64,000 nucleotides of DNA from Octopus sinensis (Eukaryota): contig NC_043012.1 of assembly GCF_006345805.1 (NCBI RefSeq), positions 17,174,001-17,238,000 of the forward strand, in the 5' to 3' direction. Shown here in pieces: positions 16,094 through 27,939 of this stretch (the stretch's first letter is position 1; every line of letters starts with the position of its first letter). A program made the translations under genes and the position numbers. Below the pieces are notes generated by a model. It saw only the letters and a list, made by a program, of their open reading frames with translations, made no database searches and was not told the DNA's origin.

Positions 16094-16392
16094 ATTGCAG
16101 CGTGGAAGATGTTTATAAGCCATTTAAAAACACAAAAAGACCGTTTGATTCACCTCAACATTTAAATTGAATTTGCTAAAATTTTTTTCGTTGCGTTGAG
16201 ACTGCGACCTGTTCACTGACAGATGTAGCACGGAATTTTGTTAATGATCAGGTCGCAGTCTCAAAGCGACGAAAATATTTTGGCCAATTAAGTTTAAATG
16301 TTGAAGTGAATCTAACGGATTTGGTGTGTTTTTAAATGGCTTATAAACACCTTCCACGCTGCAATTGTTTTTGTTTCAGCACACGATCCCAT
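16094..16392. mobile_element. Foldback/MITE-like palindromic element (same family as 4436-4637)
   Basis: Imperfect ~110-bp inverted arms (attgcagcgtggaag...gagactgcgacctg / caggtcgcagtctc...cttccacgctgcaat). Right terminus matches the left terminus of the 4.4-kb copy. Confidence 0.8.
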
Positions 16393-16696
16393 CGGTTGGA
16401 GCAACATCAATGTGGCTTCAACTCAGGAAACTTGCACGAAAGAGTAGAACAATCGCTTGAAGACAAAAAAGAAATGTCTCTTTGCCATTGAATATGTTAT
16501 TTAACAGAAAAAAGAGATAAATAAGACACAGCATTTCTTCCTTTTAAAAATTAGTATTTTCTAATTTTGTAAAGATTATTCTTTTCCTCAGAGTTCAAAT
16601 TCCATCGTGGTCACCTTTGTTTTTCAGCCCTCTGGAGTTCTACGTTCAAAGATAACAGGCGAGTTGAATTTTACAAAACGGTAAAAAAAATTTCTA

Positions 16697-17115
16697 ATTT
16701 TGGCACAGGGCCAGCAATTTCCTGGAGGGGTTTAATTTGATTACATCGACTCCAATGTTTAACTGGTACTTATTTCATTGACCCTGAAAGAATGAAAGGT
16801 AAATTCGACCTCGGAGGAATTCGAACTGAGAACGTAAAGACGGACTAAATGTCACTAAGCATCTCGTCCGGCATGTTGATGATTCTGCCTGCTCACCGCA
16901 TAATTGAGTTAAAATTTTGGCACAAGGCCAGCAATTTTGTTGGAGGAGGGGTAAGTCAATTATCTCTAGTGCTCAAATGGTACTCATTTTATCGATCGCG
17001 AAAGAATGAACGGCAAAGTCAACTTCGGCGTAATTTGAACTCAGAACGTAAGGCGGATAGAATCCAATAAGCCTTTTTTCTGGCACAGCAACGATTTTGC
17101 CAGCTCGACGCCTTA
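16697..17115 (-). mobile_element. Two adjacent degenerate SINE family A copies
   Basis: Each begins on the + strand with aattttggcaca.ggccagcaattt and carries the gaaagaatgaa.gg.aaa.tc.ac.tcgg.g block. Confidence 0.7.
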
Positions 17116-17199
17116 TTAAAGTGTAATATGGATTCCTAACTTAGGGAATCAATGTCAGGTAGCAATCGATTTATCGAAGTCCATTATTTAACTAGTATT

Positions 17200-18070
17200 C
17201 GAGGTCTGATCAATAAGTATCCGGACTGTTGCCATAGTAACGAAGCTAAAACACGCAAAGTAAAGCTGCTTGGCAAATATTAAACTTGAACTCTGCTGTA
17301 CATGCGCACCAAGTTTTAACGTTCTAGCTCCCTTCCGCTGTTTAGAGCAGTGCTTGGAAGGAAGCGGTGTAGCGTGTGATCATTGCATTGACCATGGCAG
17401 AGAAAGATGTCATGGCGATACCTGCTCGAAGACCTACGCAAAGTTGCAGAGAGTGCATGGAGAGGAGTTTATTAGCGGCACACAAGTGTACGAGTTGTTC
17501 AGACGTTTCCAAGATCGCCGAAAAAATGTCAATATTGGTGAACGTTCTGGGAGATCTGCAACCAGCAGCGCTGAGCAAAACATCGCGGATGTACGTGCAT
17601 CTGTGAGGGGAAATCGCCGAATCACTATCCGTGGGATATCAGAGGATATGCAGATTAGTTACGGTTCAGTTCAGTCCATTATCACTGAAGATTTGGGTAT
17701 GATTTGCGTGTCTACCAACTTTGTACCAAAACTACTTTCAGCTGACCAAAAAGACACTCGGGTTTCAGTGGCACAAGATCTCCTTGCATGTGTCGAGAAC
17801 GATGAAAACTCTTTGAAAGAGTTGTGTAGGCCTCTGAGCAGGTATCGCCAAGCTTTTGGTCAAATTTCTCAGTCAAGGTCAATGCGACGATCACACGCTA
17901 CACACGTTTCTTCCAAGTACTGCTGTAATCAGCAGATATGAGCTAGAATGTTAAAACTTAGAGCGCATGCACAGCAGACTTGCAGGTCAGCCTGTGCCAA
18001 ATGGCTTTACTCTGCATGCTTTATCTTCGTTACTATGGTAATAGGCCAGATACTTATTGATCAGACCACG
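17200..18070 (+). mobile_element. Defective mariner element made of two inverted 5' ends
   Basis: Termini cg(a/t)ggtctgatcaataagtatc.gg.ct.tt.ccatagtaacgaag in inverted orientation, with TA at 18071-72. The inverted similarity extends ~260 bp inward, into the transposase start. Confidence 0.88.
17394..17810 (+). pseudogene. mariner transposase N-terminal (DNA-binding) remnant
   Basis: ...TYAKLQRVHGEEFISGTQVYELFRRFQDRRKNVNIGERSGRSATS...RRITIRGISEDMQISYGSVQSIITEDLGM...FVPKLLSADQKDTRV is the mariner HTH region plus the WVP-like linker. Truncated before the first catalytic D. Confidence 0.88.
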
Positions 18071-18172
18071 TACATCTTATTAGTCACATAAAAAGGAAAT
18101 GCAAATTAGACCCACCACCACCACAGGATTTGAGCTAAGAACGTAGTGGGGAGCAAAGTATTTTATCCATTA

Positions 18173-18520
18173 CTAGCAGTATCGCCCGGCGTTGCTCGGG
18201 TTTTTAAGGGAAATAACTATATAAGCATTTTTAGAGAGTTATAGCAAAAAAATGCATTAAAAATGGAAAAAAATGATGGTAAATTTTTTTTTAAATCGTT
18301 GACTCATCGTAGACATTTTTAGAGAGTTACTTCCCTTATATAATAGCGAAAAATGCATTAAAATGGGAAAAAATGATGCGCGCTAATACCCAGAAGGGCT
18401 CGATATGAATCATGACTATAAGATACCCGGTTTTGGTTAAACTGCACCGCAAAATGTGGGAGTAGTTAGGAATCTAAATCGTAGGAGACGGACACACAAA
18501 TTCACTTTTATATATAAAGA
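18173..18520 (-). mobile_element. Non-autonomous Helitron
   Basis: Minus strand reads A|TC...cccgagcaacgccggg (hairpin) cgatactg CTAG|T, i.e. canonical TC start, subterminal hairpin, CTAG end and AT target. Confidence 0.85.
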
Positions 18521-18845
18521 TATAACTAGTTCTGCTATTCTCTGCAATATATAGAACAGTTATATTGGTTTCAAATTTTGGCACAAGGTAGTTCAGCAAC
18601 TTCGTGGTTAGAGCTTTGTCGATTACACCGACCTAAATGCTCAACTGGTTCGATCCCGGGAGGATGAAAGGTAAAGTCGATCTCAGCGGAAATCGAACTC
18701 GCAAAGTGAAGGTAAACGAAATGTGTAAGAAAATACTGAAAGCATTTTGTCTGACAATCTTTGGTGTCTGTGTGTACGGGGTGGGAAGGATAAATCGATT
18801 CGACTGATCCTGGTATTTATCTGTCCCAATATTGCATCGAACGCA

Positions 18846-19062
18846 AGGCGGCGAGCTGGCACAATCATTAGCACGCTGGACAAGATGCTTAGCGGCATTT
18901 CGTCCATCTTTATGTATGGAGTTCTAATTCTACCGAGGTTGACTTTGCCTTTCATCCTTTCGGGATCGATAAATTAAGTATCAGAGAAACACTGGGGTCG
19001 ATGTAATTGGCTAGTCCCTCTCCACCAAAATTTCAGGTCTTGTGTCTTTAGTAGAAAATATT
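18846..19062 (+). mobile_element. SINE family A copy (an older opposite-strand copy lies at ~18570-18760)
   Basis: aaggcggcgagctggcacaatcattagcacg...gaggttgactttgcctttcatcctttcggg...cactggggtcgatgtaat. Confidence 0.8.
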
Positions 19063-20288
19063 ATTGTATCGCTCTCGAAAGAATGAAAGATAATATTGAT
19101 CTGAGAATGATTTGGAGCCAGAAAAGAAAATGGAAAAGGGAAATGAGAGAGAGAGAGAGGGGCGGAGAGAAGTAGAGAGAAAGAGAGAGAAAGAAAGCAG
19201 GAGAGAGAAGTAGAGAGAAAGAGAGAGAGAGATAGCCAATATAAACACCACGAGGTACTTTGTCCAATAATTTAACGCTTTTATCAATCTGTTGTCCTCC
19301 TTTGGTAAATATCTCTACAATAGGCACACGGCCTGAAATTTTGTGGGAGACATGAGATGATTACATCGACCCCAGTAAATGACTGGTATTTATTTTATCG
19401 TTCCCGAAACGATGAAAGGTAATGTTGACCTGAGCGTGATTTGAACTCAGAAGAGAGAGAGGGAGAGATGGAAGGAAGGAGGGAAGGAGGAAGAGAATTA
19501 GGGAGAGAGAGGGATAGAGAGGGAGAAAACAGAGAGAGAAGCAGACAGACAGAGAGGAAGAGAGAGGGGAGAGAAAGGTGGGAGGTGGAGGAAGGGAGAG
19601 AGATGGAAAACGAAGGCGGTAGAGAGAGAAAGAGAGAGATATAGAGATAGTGAGAATGAGAAAGAGACAACCGCCCCAACTATCGCAAGGCATTTTGCCC
19701 GACCCCATCTATCGCTTGTATCCAGCTACTGTCCTCTCTAAGTAATGAAAGACATTTCCTGAACCTAGTCTCAATTTGATGTGAGGCCACGCTTGATATT
19801 AATTCTTTAGCCACCCATGTGAATCAGCGGTTTTATTTGTATTAAAATCAATCATTAAAATTCTGCGAATTAATAAGTTAGCCACTTCGTATAAGTTTAA
19901 ATGTTTATCAAACTTGAAAACCGAGTTAGATTTTGTGGCATTATAGGAAAAACGAAAACAGCTCAAAGCGACGACTACCATAACCTGTCCAATATTTCTA
20001 TAGCTATAAATCACGAACTAATTGTACGCAAGACCAGCGGGTTGTTTTAAAAATAAATAGCGTTGTGGAGGTCTTTAAATCCGTAATGTAGGTTGCTCAA
20101 GAAGCAGTGACCCTTTTAATTTTTCACCTTACAGTTAATTGCCTGCAGTAAATCGAAATCACAACGACCCCACCTTCCCCATCGTCGCTGCACTACGTTA
20201 TTATCAAAAATAATTTTTTAATGGAATATATATCTTCCACACACACACACACAAACACACAGATACATAACATAATATATATATTATG

Positions 20289-20326
<38 letters not shown>

Positions 20327-21438
20327 TCTTACACACAAACATATACACTCACGCGCTATATGTGTGTATATGCGTGTGTTTGGTGTCTGGGTATGGTGCA
20401 TATGTTTATATGCATACAAACACGCACACATACATATCCGTACACCCTTGTACACATGTTTGTATATGTATAGTGACCTCGGAAAAAAGCAAACAATGCC
20501 ATATGAGTATGTGTATATGTGTGTGTATGTATTGATGTGTGTATGTGCATATATATATATATATATGTGTATGTGTGTATGTGTACATGTATGTTTTTTT
20601 TTCAGTCATAAAACTGCGGCTATACAACTTGTGTGCCTATGCTTGTATGTTTCTTCGTATGTATGTATGTATGTATGTATGTATGTATGTATGTATGTAT
20701 GTATGTATGTATGTATTAATGTATGTGCGTACGTATTCACTTTCTGATTTGAATTTTAGAGTTTCTTTGACTGACCTTCCGCGCAGAAGGAAGATTGTAA
20801 AGATAAAAAAAAAACCTTTTAGAATATTTTTCTTTGTGCACCTAATAACCCTTTAAAACTTAAGAAGGTCTTGTAGATTTATATTTTTCCAGATAACATA
20901 TGTGACATGAATTATGGAACTACGTTCTGTTTTCCGAGAACAGAACGGGATTAGTACACATCCCGTAGCACTATAATGACCCTTTTTACTCTAAATTTTA
21001 GTCTTGCAATTTTGGGTGAGGACTGGTCGATTCTTGGTACTTCGCCGATCCTGATTCAGGTTCTTTTGATTCATTAGTCTTAAGATGGTCAACCTTATTG
21101 GTTTTATGTTTTGTATTCGTACTGCATTGTCGCGTCATTTGTGAGGTCTCTGATGAGAACTACTGGTAACATAGAATCCAGTTCATCCTATTGCAGGGTC
21201 GAATCACCAGCGACTAAACCGGCAGCCTCACTAGACATGCCTGATGAGGAGTGTTGCTAGAGATCCAGCAGGACAAAAAGAAGACCAGTCAAAAGGACGG
21301 ATGATCCTATTGTAAGTTCAACGACTATCTAGTTATAGCACGGGCCCTTCGAAATTGCGGATTGGTGTCTGGCGTGGCGTGCTGGAAGAGCACTGGGAGT
21401 GAGGTTGGCATTCTTTAGATTTTGTTCAAGCATGTCTC

Positions 21439-21575
21439 TAAAACCCGGCTTACGTCTGCTCTAAAACCCGGCTTACGTCTGCTCTATAACCCGGCTTACG
21501 TCTGCTCTAGAACCCGGCTTACGTCTGCCTAGAACCCGGCTTACGTCTGCCCTAGAACCCGGCTTACGTCTGCTC
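21439..21575. repeat. Minisatellite, six copies of a 22-23-bp unit
   Basis: ta(a/g/t)aacccggcttacgtctgctc repeated head to tail with no spacers. Confidence 0.95.
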
Positions 21576-21934
21576 CGACAATCTGCAGTGACTTGCTCAG
21601 CGAATGCTCAACAATCGACGGTTCTCACTATATCAAAGTATGTATGTATGTGACCGGGGACCACATGTGAACCTGGATTCTCACTGAAACCCCGAACATG
21701 AACTCTACAACTCAACAGCAATGTGGTCAGCAACTGTGAGGGACGTGCTGATATCGTTGGTCGGAGCCGGCTCAAAACAATTCCGGCTGAATGCTGCTGC
21801 AAAGCACAAGCAGCACACCATATTGTTCTAGTTACCATAATGTGCGTCATGGAAAGTTAATATCTCAAAGAAATATCATCCCACAGGTAGTAATAGCTTG
21901 ACTAATTCTTCAGTTTTTAGTTTACATAGATATA

Positions 21935-22099
21935 GGATTGGCTGTGTGGTTAAGAAGCTCGCTTCGCAATCACGTTGTTCCGGGTTCAATCCCACAGAGC
22001 AGTTCCTTGGGCAAGTGTATTTTTCTCTAGCATCAACCCAACCAATACCTTATAAGTGAATATGGTAGACGGAAACTGTGTAGAAGCCTGTCCTGTATA

Positions 22100-22182
<83 letters not shown>

Positions 22183-22405
22183 GAATGTGTGTGTGTGTGT
22201 ACCTTTCTGCTTAGGCTTGTACGCCCAGTGCTCGACGACCGGTGTTGATTTGTTCACGTCTTTGTAAGTTTGTAGTTCGGTAAAATTGAACGATATTACA
22301 AAAATAAGTACTGGAGACGATTTGTTTCAAATAAATTACACTGGAAGCAGTGCCCCAACATGACCGCCGTATTGCAATGACTTAAACAAGTATAGAGAAA
22401 AGATA
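21935..22405 (+). mobile_element. SINE family B, older full-length copy with internal (TA)n(TG)n
   Basis: Head tggctgtgtggttaagaagctc...ttgggcaagtg...ggtagacggaaactg, then microsatellite, then 3' module ending cttaaacaagtatagagaaaaga. Confidence 0.75.
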
Positions 22406-22922
22406 ATATTTTAAATTTGTTGCTAAGATTTCTGTGCGTTCCTTGGAGAAAGAGAGAGAGAGGGGGGAGAGAGAGGGAGGGGCTGAGGGAGTAAGCGTGA
22501 GAGAGAGAAAGAGAAAAAGAAAGAAAGAGAGGTCGGGGCGAGGTGATAACGTGTTTCACGTCTCATAATTTTATTAGCTATCAATTCTGATTTTATTTTC
22601 TTATCGCAATCTTGAACGAAGTACTTGCCGGGCTATTTTCTTTGTTAGAGATGTTACTTCAGTGCTGTAATCCAGATTACAGAATACAGAATTAAGGTTT
22701 GACCGTCCTATAATGTGTTAAAGAGATTATGATATCCATCTGTTTGATCAGCCAAGCTTTGAATTTTAAATGAAATGTTGTTGACTTCAGAAGAACGCAT
22801 TTATCTTACTTGTCACCAGCTACATGGATACTACCGTCTGCTTCTATCTGGCGTTTGACTATAAAGTTGTAGAGTACATCGTTATTTAGTAACAGCAAAA
22901 TTGTTAATAACAAATTTGTGAA

Positions 22923-23150
22923 GATGCGTGGCTTAGTGGTCGGTTCGTCGCACTTACGATCACAACTTTGTGATTTCAATCTCATGACACCGCATCATTA
23001 TTTGTTTTGTTATCGTTTTTTCCTCTTGAGCAAAATACATAATTTTATGTTGTTCCTCCTCATTTAACGGCAAACGAGTTACCCAGAGATGGACTGGCTT
23101 CTCATCCAAGGGAATGTATTGATACCAGTCGCTTATACTCAATGGAAACT
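22923..23150 (+). mobile_element. Degenerate tRNA-SINE with family F core
   Basis: gcgtggcttagtgg head, cttgagcaaaatac core and gatggactggcttctcatccaaggg tail. Similar to 56352-56522. Confidence 0.5.
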
Positions 23151-23159
23151 GCGTAACTA

Positions 23160-23620
23160 GATCTAAGAGTCCTAAGCCTAGAGACCGTAGTCTCCTGAGG
23201 GTGTAGGATCATGATAAAAAAATTTGATATTCTGTGTAGATTCAGACAATTTAGTTATATAACTCATTTCACATTTAGTAATCCTTCAACCTGTCCATTA
23301 AGATGTTTGGATTTAAGCTTATCTCTAGATGATTGATAGCGTACAGACGTTTGCCTAAAATAGTATCGTTTAGGTTAAGATTATACATATCGATCAAGCA
23401 AGCATCTGTTACGGTAGTAACTCTAGTTTAAACTGGTTAATTTCGATTGGGGATGAAGGAAAGTTAAACTGATAGCTATGAGGATTTTGTCCAGCTACTG
23501 TAAATTTTTATCTAATCTTAAATAGACGATAATCGTCTCTAAAAGTTTCGACAAATTTTAGTCACGATTAAATTCAAAATTATTCACAGCTTGAGGTTTC
23601 TTTTATTTAAGATCGTATTT
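23160..23620 (-). pseudogene. Possible highly decayed CR1/L2-like LINE reverse transcriptase remnant
   Basis: Scattered minus-strand peptides (SKLLETII, SYQFNF, FRQTSVRYQSSRDKLKS, PQE) occur in the expected order for LINE RT domains but are heavily frameshifted. Confidence 0.3.
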
Positions 23621-24952
23621 ATTCCCAATTATATCAGAGCGTACAAATTTATTTATAGCCGCATGTGGAGACTGTGTTTGCAGTATTGTTTAATTTCTTG
23701 TTAACGTACATATGTATGTTACTGTATATTCAATTTAATGTAGATTCTTATATAGAAATATTCGTATGTAATCTTACCTGCATTCTATTAGCACAGCTTT
23801 TCCACAATAATGTCAACTTTATATGAACCGTAGTTACATGCTACCCAGTATCGAACTGGCCACTACGATTAACCTGCTTGACATCTTAGACATATTCTTT
23901 TGCCGAAGCTTCTGGTCTACCCAAGCCTCGTCAGTTAATTTGGGTAAATAAGAATTGTGCAGAAGATCGTCGTATGGGCTGCACTTCTAACTTAAATGCT
24001 CATCTTGTTCACAACTGAGTCAAGCTGAGTCTGCCTGAAAATTTAATTAAGGAAACACGGGCCACCTGTCTGTGAAATATTCGACTGCATCCTTGGTTTG
24101 TGGTATGCGCGAGATTTTGCTGTTATTTCTAGCAAATTGAAGGATGCGATAGAGATTCTCCAGTTGCGTCACATAGCTAAGAGGTTTTCGAGCTGCCACA
24201 CATTTAGCTATGAATCTTTCTCCGGACTAGAATCAATAAATCTGTCCTATTAGTCTTCAATTAGTTTAGAAATTAAATTACAAGCCCAAGTGACAAACTG
24301 TTTACTGCCTATTCCATATTCCTTATTCTTATGAAATATCAAATAATTTCTGTATAACACTGTACAACGGTAAATATGTAGGTATATTTCAGAATATGAT
24401 TATCCACATTAGTGCTGCAAAATCAAAAGAAACAAAAAACATCCCTGGATTTCTGATATTCATACCTTTCTTTTTAGCAATATTAGTGATATATATTGTT
24501 GTTATTTCGCTTAGGCATAGCGATATAGCCTGATGGTAGAACTAAGTATATACATATGCTTAAGAGTACAAAGCAGTAACAAGAAGCTAAAATGACTGGG
24601 GAATAGACATTTTTGTCATGAATTTCTTCAGGTTACAACTGTTTCTGCTGTAAGATACAATGCATTTAACTATGAGGACTTGTCTACCACCCGATAGCTT
24701 CGTCAGAGCGTCAAGAATGACGAAGAGAAGGAAACAGAAAGTGTTTATTAGGGTCATGGAGATTTTTCTAAATAAGGATTCTAGCCAGATTGGCAATTAA
24801 CGATTAAGAAGCCAAGGAGCTGGTGGATAGTTCTGTACAGTTTTTTTCATAGTCTTGGATTCTACCACTTTCTACCTGTCTCTGTTCTCAGCTATATTTT
24901 TACGTTTTCTTTTTTACTTACTCTTATACCAGGCTTTATACATAATACATAC

Positions 24953-24981
<29 letters not shown>

Positions 24982-24987
<6 letters not shown>

Positions 24988-25288
24988 ATAAATAAGGAAT
25001 GGCCATAATAGGACATTCGACTCACTAGAAAGAGCAGCCAAACTCCAAACCACTAATAGTTGTAATTCTGAAGTGGAAAGAGAAATAAAAACGTTTACCC
25101 TTTCCTTTCTGGACTATGCATAGTTTCGGCAATCTTTAGTAAATAAATAAATTAGATTAAATTTATTTACAGCTGGCGTTTTTATTTCTCTTTCCATTTC
25201 AGAATTACAACTATTAGTGGTTTGGAGTTTGGCTGCTCTTTCTAATGAGTCGAATGTCCTATTATGGCCATTCCTTATATATTTGAAT
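24982..25288. repeat. Long inverted repeat (112-bp arms, 83-bp spacer)
   Basis: 24982-25093 versus reverse complement of 25177-25288; 3 mismatches counted by eye. Confidence 0.93.
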
Positions 25289-25382
25289 GTATATTATATA
25301 GTCTATTGACTATCTTTTCTTTCTCACTTGACCACTGGTAGCGGAGAATTTTTCTAGAATTTTTTGCTACCCTAAAATTTAT

Positions 25383-25690
25383 TATATATATATATATATA
25401 ATGACAATTTCTGTATGTTTGTGAATTTGTTACTTTTACTCCTCCATGACTATCCAACCAATCTTGATGAAACTTGTCACGTGCGTGGGCTTATACCCAT
25501 GCGGTCACTTACGCACTTGGAATTTAAAAAAAAATAAAAAATCAGTGATTTTTAATCGGCATCGATTTATCAAAAGCCAATAGGACATTCAATGCAAATT
25601 CTCATATGAATGTTATTTTCTGCCATAACTTCTAAAGTTTTCTACCGATTTTCTTGATCTCGAGGATAAAATAACAATTCTCGGGGCTAC
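25383..25690 (+). mobile_element. Probable Helitron 5' portion (3' CTAG end not found)
   Basis: caaccaatcttgatgaaacttgtcac resembles caaccgattctaatgaaacttgacac in the 5' part of the 32201-32566 Helitron, and both start with a TA-rich leader. Confidence 0.4.
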
Positions 25691-25699
25691 TAAAATAGA

Positions 25700-26240
25700 G
25701 CAGCAACATTAGAAGGGACTAGGGCTAGAGATCATAATTCAAGCAGCTCAACAAACTCTTGCAAAAATTGTGGAAAACATCGTGATTAATGACGAAACTA
25801 CGTTGCTTCGAATGTGGGGAAAAAGGCCACATTCGGGTAAACTGTTCCGCCCTAAAAAAAGAAACAGCACCGCCAGCAGAGTCTCCTACAAAAAATCATA
25901 AAAGAGGAGACCATATCGTCAACCGAAGACAAGGAAGACAAAGGATGGACTAATGTAACCCATAAAAAGAAGAAAGTCCCTAAAAGAAAAATTGCCATCC
26001 CCACCCCTTCCACTTCTAGCTCCAGCAAAAGCAAAACTCCCCCACCCGCACACTCACATGATACCCCCGCCCCCCATCAACCCAAACAACCTGTAGAATC
26101 TACCCCTCCTAGTCCCGAAAAATATTTCCCCTCCCAACTAGAAACGAGCCTGATAGCAGTGGATGCTAACAACCAGGCATTAAAAAACTCCAACTGCAAA
26201 AGAATACACCAATCATTATACTATTCTGCTGGAAGGAATT
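25700..26240 (+). pseudogene. LINE ORF1 (gag-like) remnant with CCHC zinc knuckle
   Basis: cgt tgc ttc gaa tgt ggg gaa aaa ggc cac att cgg gta aac tgt = RCFECGEKGHIRVNC at 25801-25845, followed by a Lys/Pro/Ser-rich tail upstream of an APE ORF2. Confidence 0.8.
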
Positions 26241-26396
26241 GTAATCTATGAAATCGACAAAGACAATTACAATTTATTTCATGGCTACTACTGGAAGGAG
26301 ATAGGCCCTCCAAGAATGGACATTTGCAAGTCCATGTACGAGGGAAGATAGAGAGAAGGGATTATAATCCCTTCTTCGAAAGGTAAGCCACATTTC

Positions 26397-27505
26397 ATGG
26401 TTTCGCTCACAGGAGTATATTTAAATGTTCGTGGCTTGGGGTCGGATTGGAAGCAAGGCTGCTTTCTTAATGACCTCAGGCCACATTGTCTGGCTGAGTG
26501 GGTTGCGGGACTTTTCCCCACTCCTGAACAGCTACGAGAAATATATTTCTCCACACCAACCGGGGGGGGGGGTCGCGATCCTACTCAGGAAAAACCTGGT
26601 TTCCGAGACTAGAACGATCTTTATCGCCCTGGAAGGCTGGCTGGCCGTCCTTGACGTGACAATCAGCGGTAAGACTTTCAGGCCGGTAGGTGTCTATGTC
26701 CCCCGCGGTGCTGGAAATCTGCTTTCTTTAGAGGCCTAGAAAATTTCCTAGGTACGTCTCACACTTTAGTATGCTAGGTGACTTTAACACAATCTGCGAT
26801 GCACGAGTAGATTGTGTTGGCACAAATCCAAATAGAAGGAAAAAAACCATGCTTCGCCAATCTGCTTAGTCGCTTTCAGCTGGCAGATCGGTATAGACTA
26901 GAATTTCCGAATACTCCACTGTGGACCTGGACGAATAGCGACAGATCTTCTAGATCTTATTTAGATAGAATTTTAGTTAGACGGAAAGACAAGGAGAAGC
27001 TAGTTGTCCACAATTCCCTTTTGTTAGCTACAGCGACCACAAACTTGTGTCCTGTAAGCTGGTTGTAGATAGGATATGTATACAAGGCCCCGGCTACTGG
27101 AAACTCAACAGGTCGCTTTTGACCTGTGAGGGGTACAGGAAGCAGATTAGTAAAGAAGGCTCTCACAGGCGCCATTATTAACAACAAATGGTGGAGAGCA
27201 CTGAAAAGAACCATAATAATTGAGTCAATTAGAAGAGACATTGTAGAAAGGCAGTGCAGCTCAAGTGTTGGCATCGAGATTAAAGCTCGACCGACACCTC
27301 GAGGGTAACCACGATGGTTGGATTGTCAGGTCGAAGGTTCGTGCAATGGGTCGAGGAGAGTTCAACGCTGCGAGATGGGCCCGTGTGGCAGAAGGCCAAC
27401 GTGGCAACGATGTCAGAATAAGATCTATGATGAACAACCAAGAGCAATTGGTAAACGAACACGAGGTTTATTACGAGCATTTCAGCCAGATTTTCGGGAG
27501 GAGTG
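26397..27505 (+). pseudogene. L1/Tx1-clade LINE ORF2 remnant (APE endonuclease plus linker; RT absent)
   Basis: LNVRGL, GGGVAILLRK, VGVYVP, LGDFN, WTWTN..SRSYLDRILV, SDHKLV and GPGYWKLN motifs in order across frameshifted ORFs 26397, 26425, 26814 and 27265. Confidence 0.92.
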
Positions 27506-27577
27506 TATATTATTGGGGTGACGGTGCATTAATCCCCCGCCACAATCTGATCTGATCATGGCGGGGGAGTAATGTAC

Positions 27578-27930
27578 AGTCACCTTCTGTGTAGAAGCTA
27601 CCTACTTCAGTATGGACACTGATATATACGACAAGAAGAGGATTTAGCTATGTGTTCACCATTATCACCGTTAATAGCCAATATATACATGGAATACTTT
27701 GAGAATTTGGCTCTAGGATCAACACCACTAAAACCAACCCTATGGCTACGATATGTTGCTGACGCCTTTATACTCTGGCCCCACCAGGAAGAGCTTCAAG
27801 AGTCTGTTAGATCATGTGAACTCAATAAAGCCATCCATACAGTTCACAATGGAAAAAGAAAAAGACAATCAGCTAGCATTCCTGGGCGTATTGATAACAC
27901 GCACCAAGTATGGATTCAGGACATCCGTAT
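27578..27930 (+). pseudogene. Penelope-like element reverse transcriptase fragment
   Basis: LAMCSPLSPLIANIYMEYFE (GSPLSP motif), WLRYVADAF (RYVDD) and SIQFTMEKEKDNQLAFLGVLI (FT.E.E...L.FLD). Confidence 0.88.
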
Positions 27931-27939
27931 TGAAGAGAA

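Noticed and set aside
21000-21420. Gypsy integrase C-terminus
   Set aside because: Only vague peptide resemblances (RSSRTKRRP, HGPFEI) in broken frames, which is insufficient support.
21439-21575. CRISPR-like appearance of the 23-bp and 35-bp (44741-45195) arrays
   Set aside because: The units are head to tail with no unique spacers, the context is eukaryotic and there are no cas genes.
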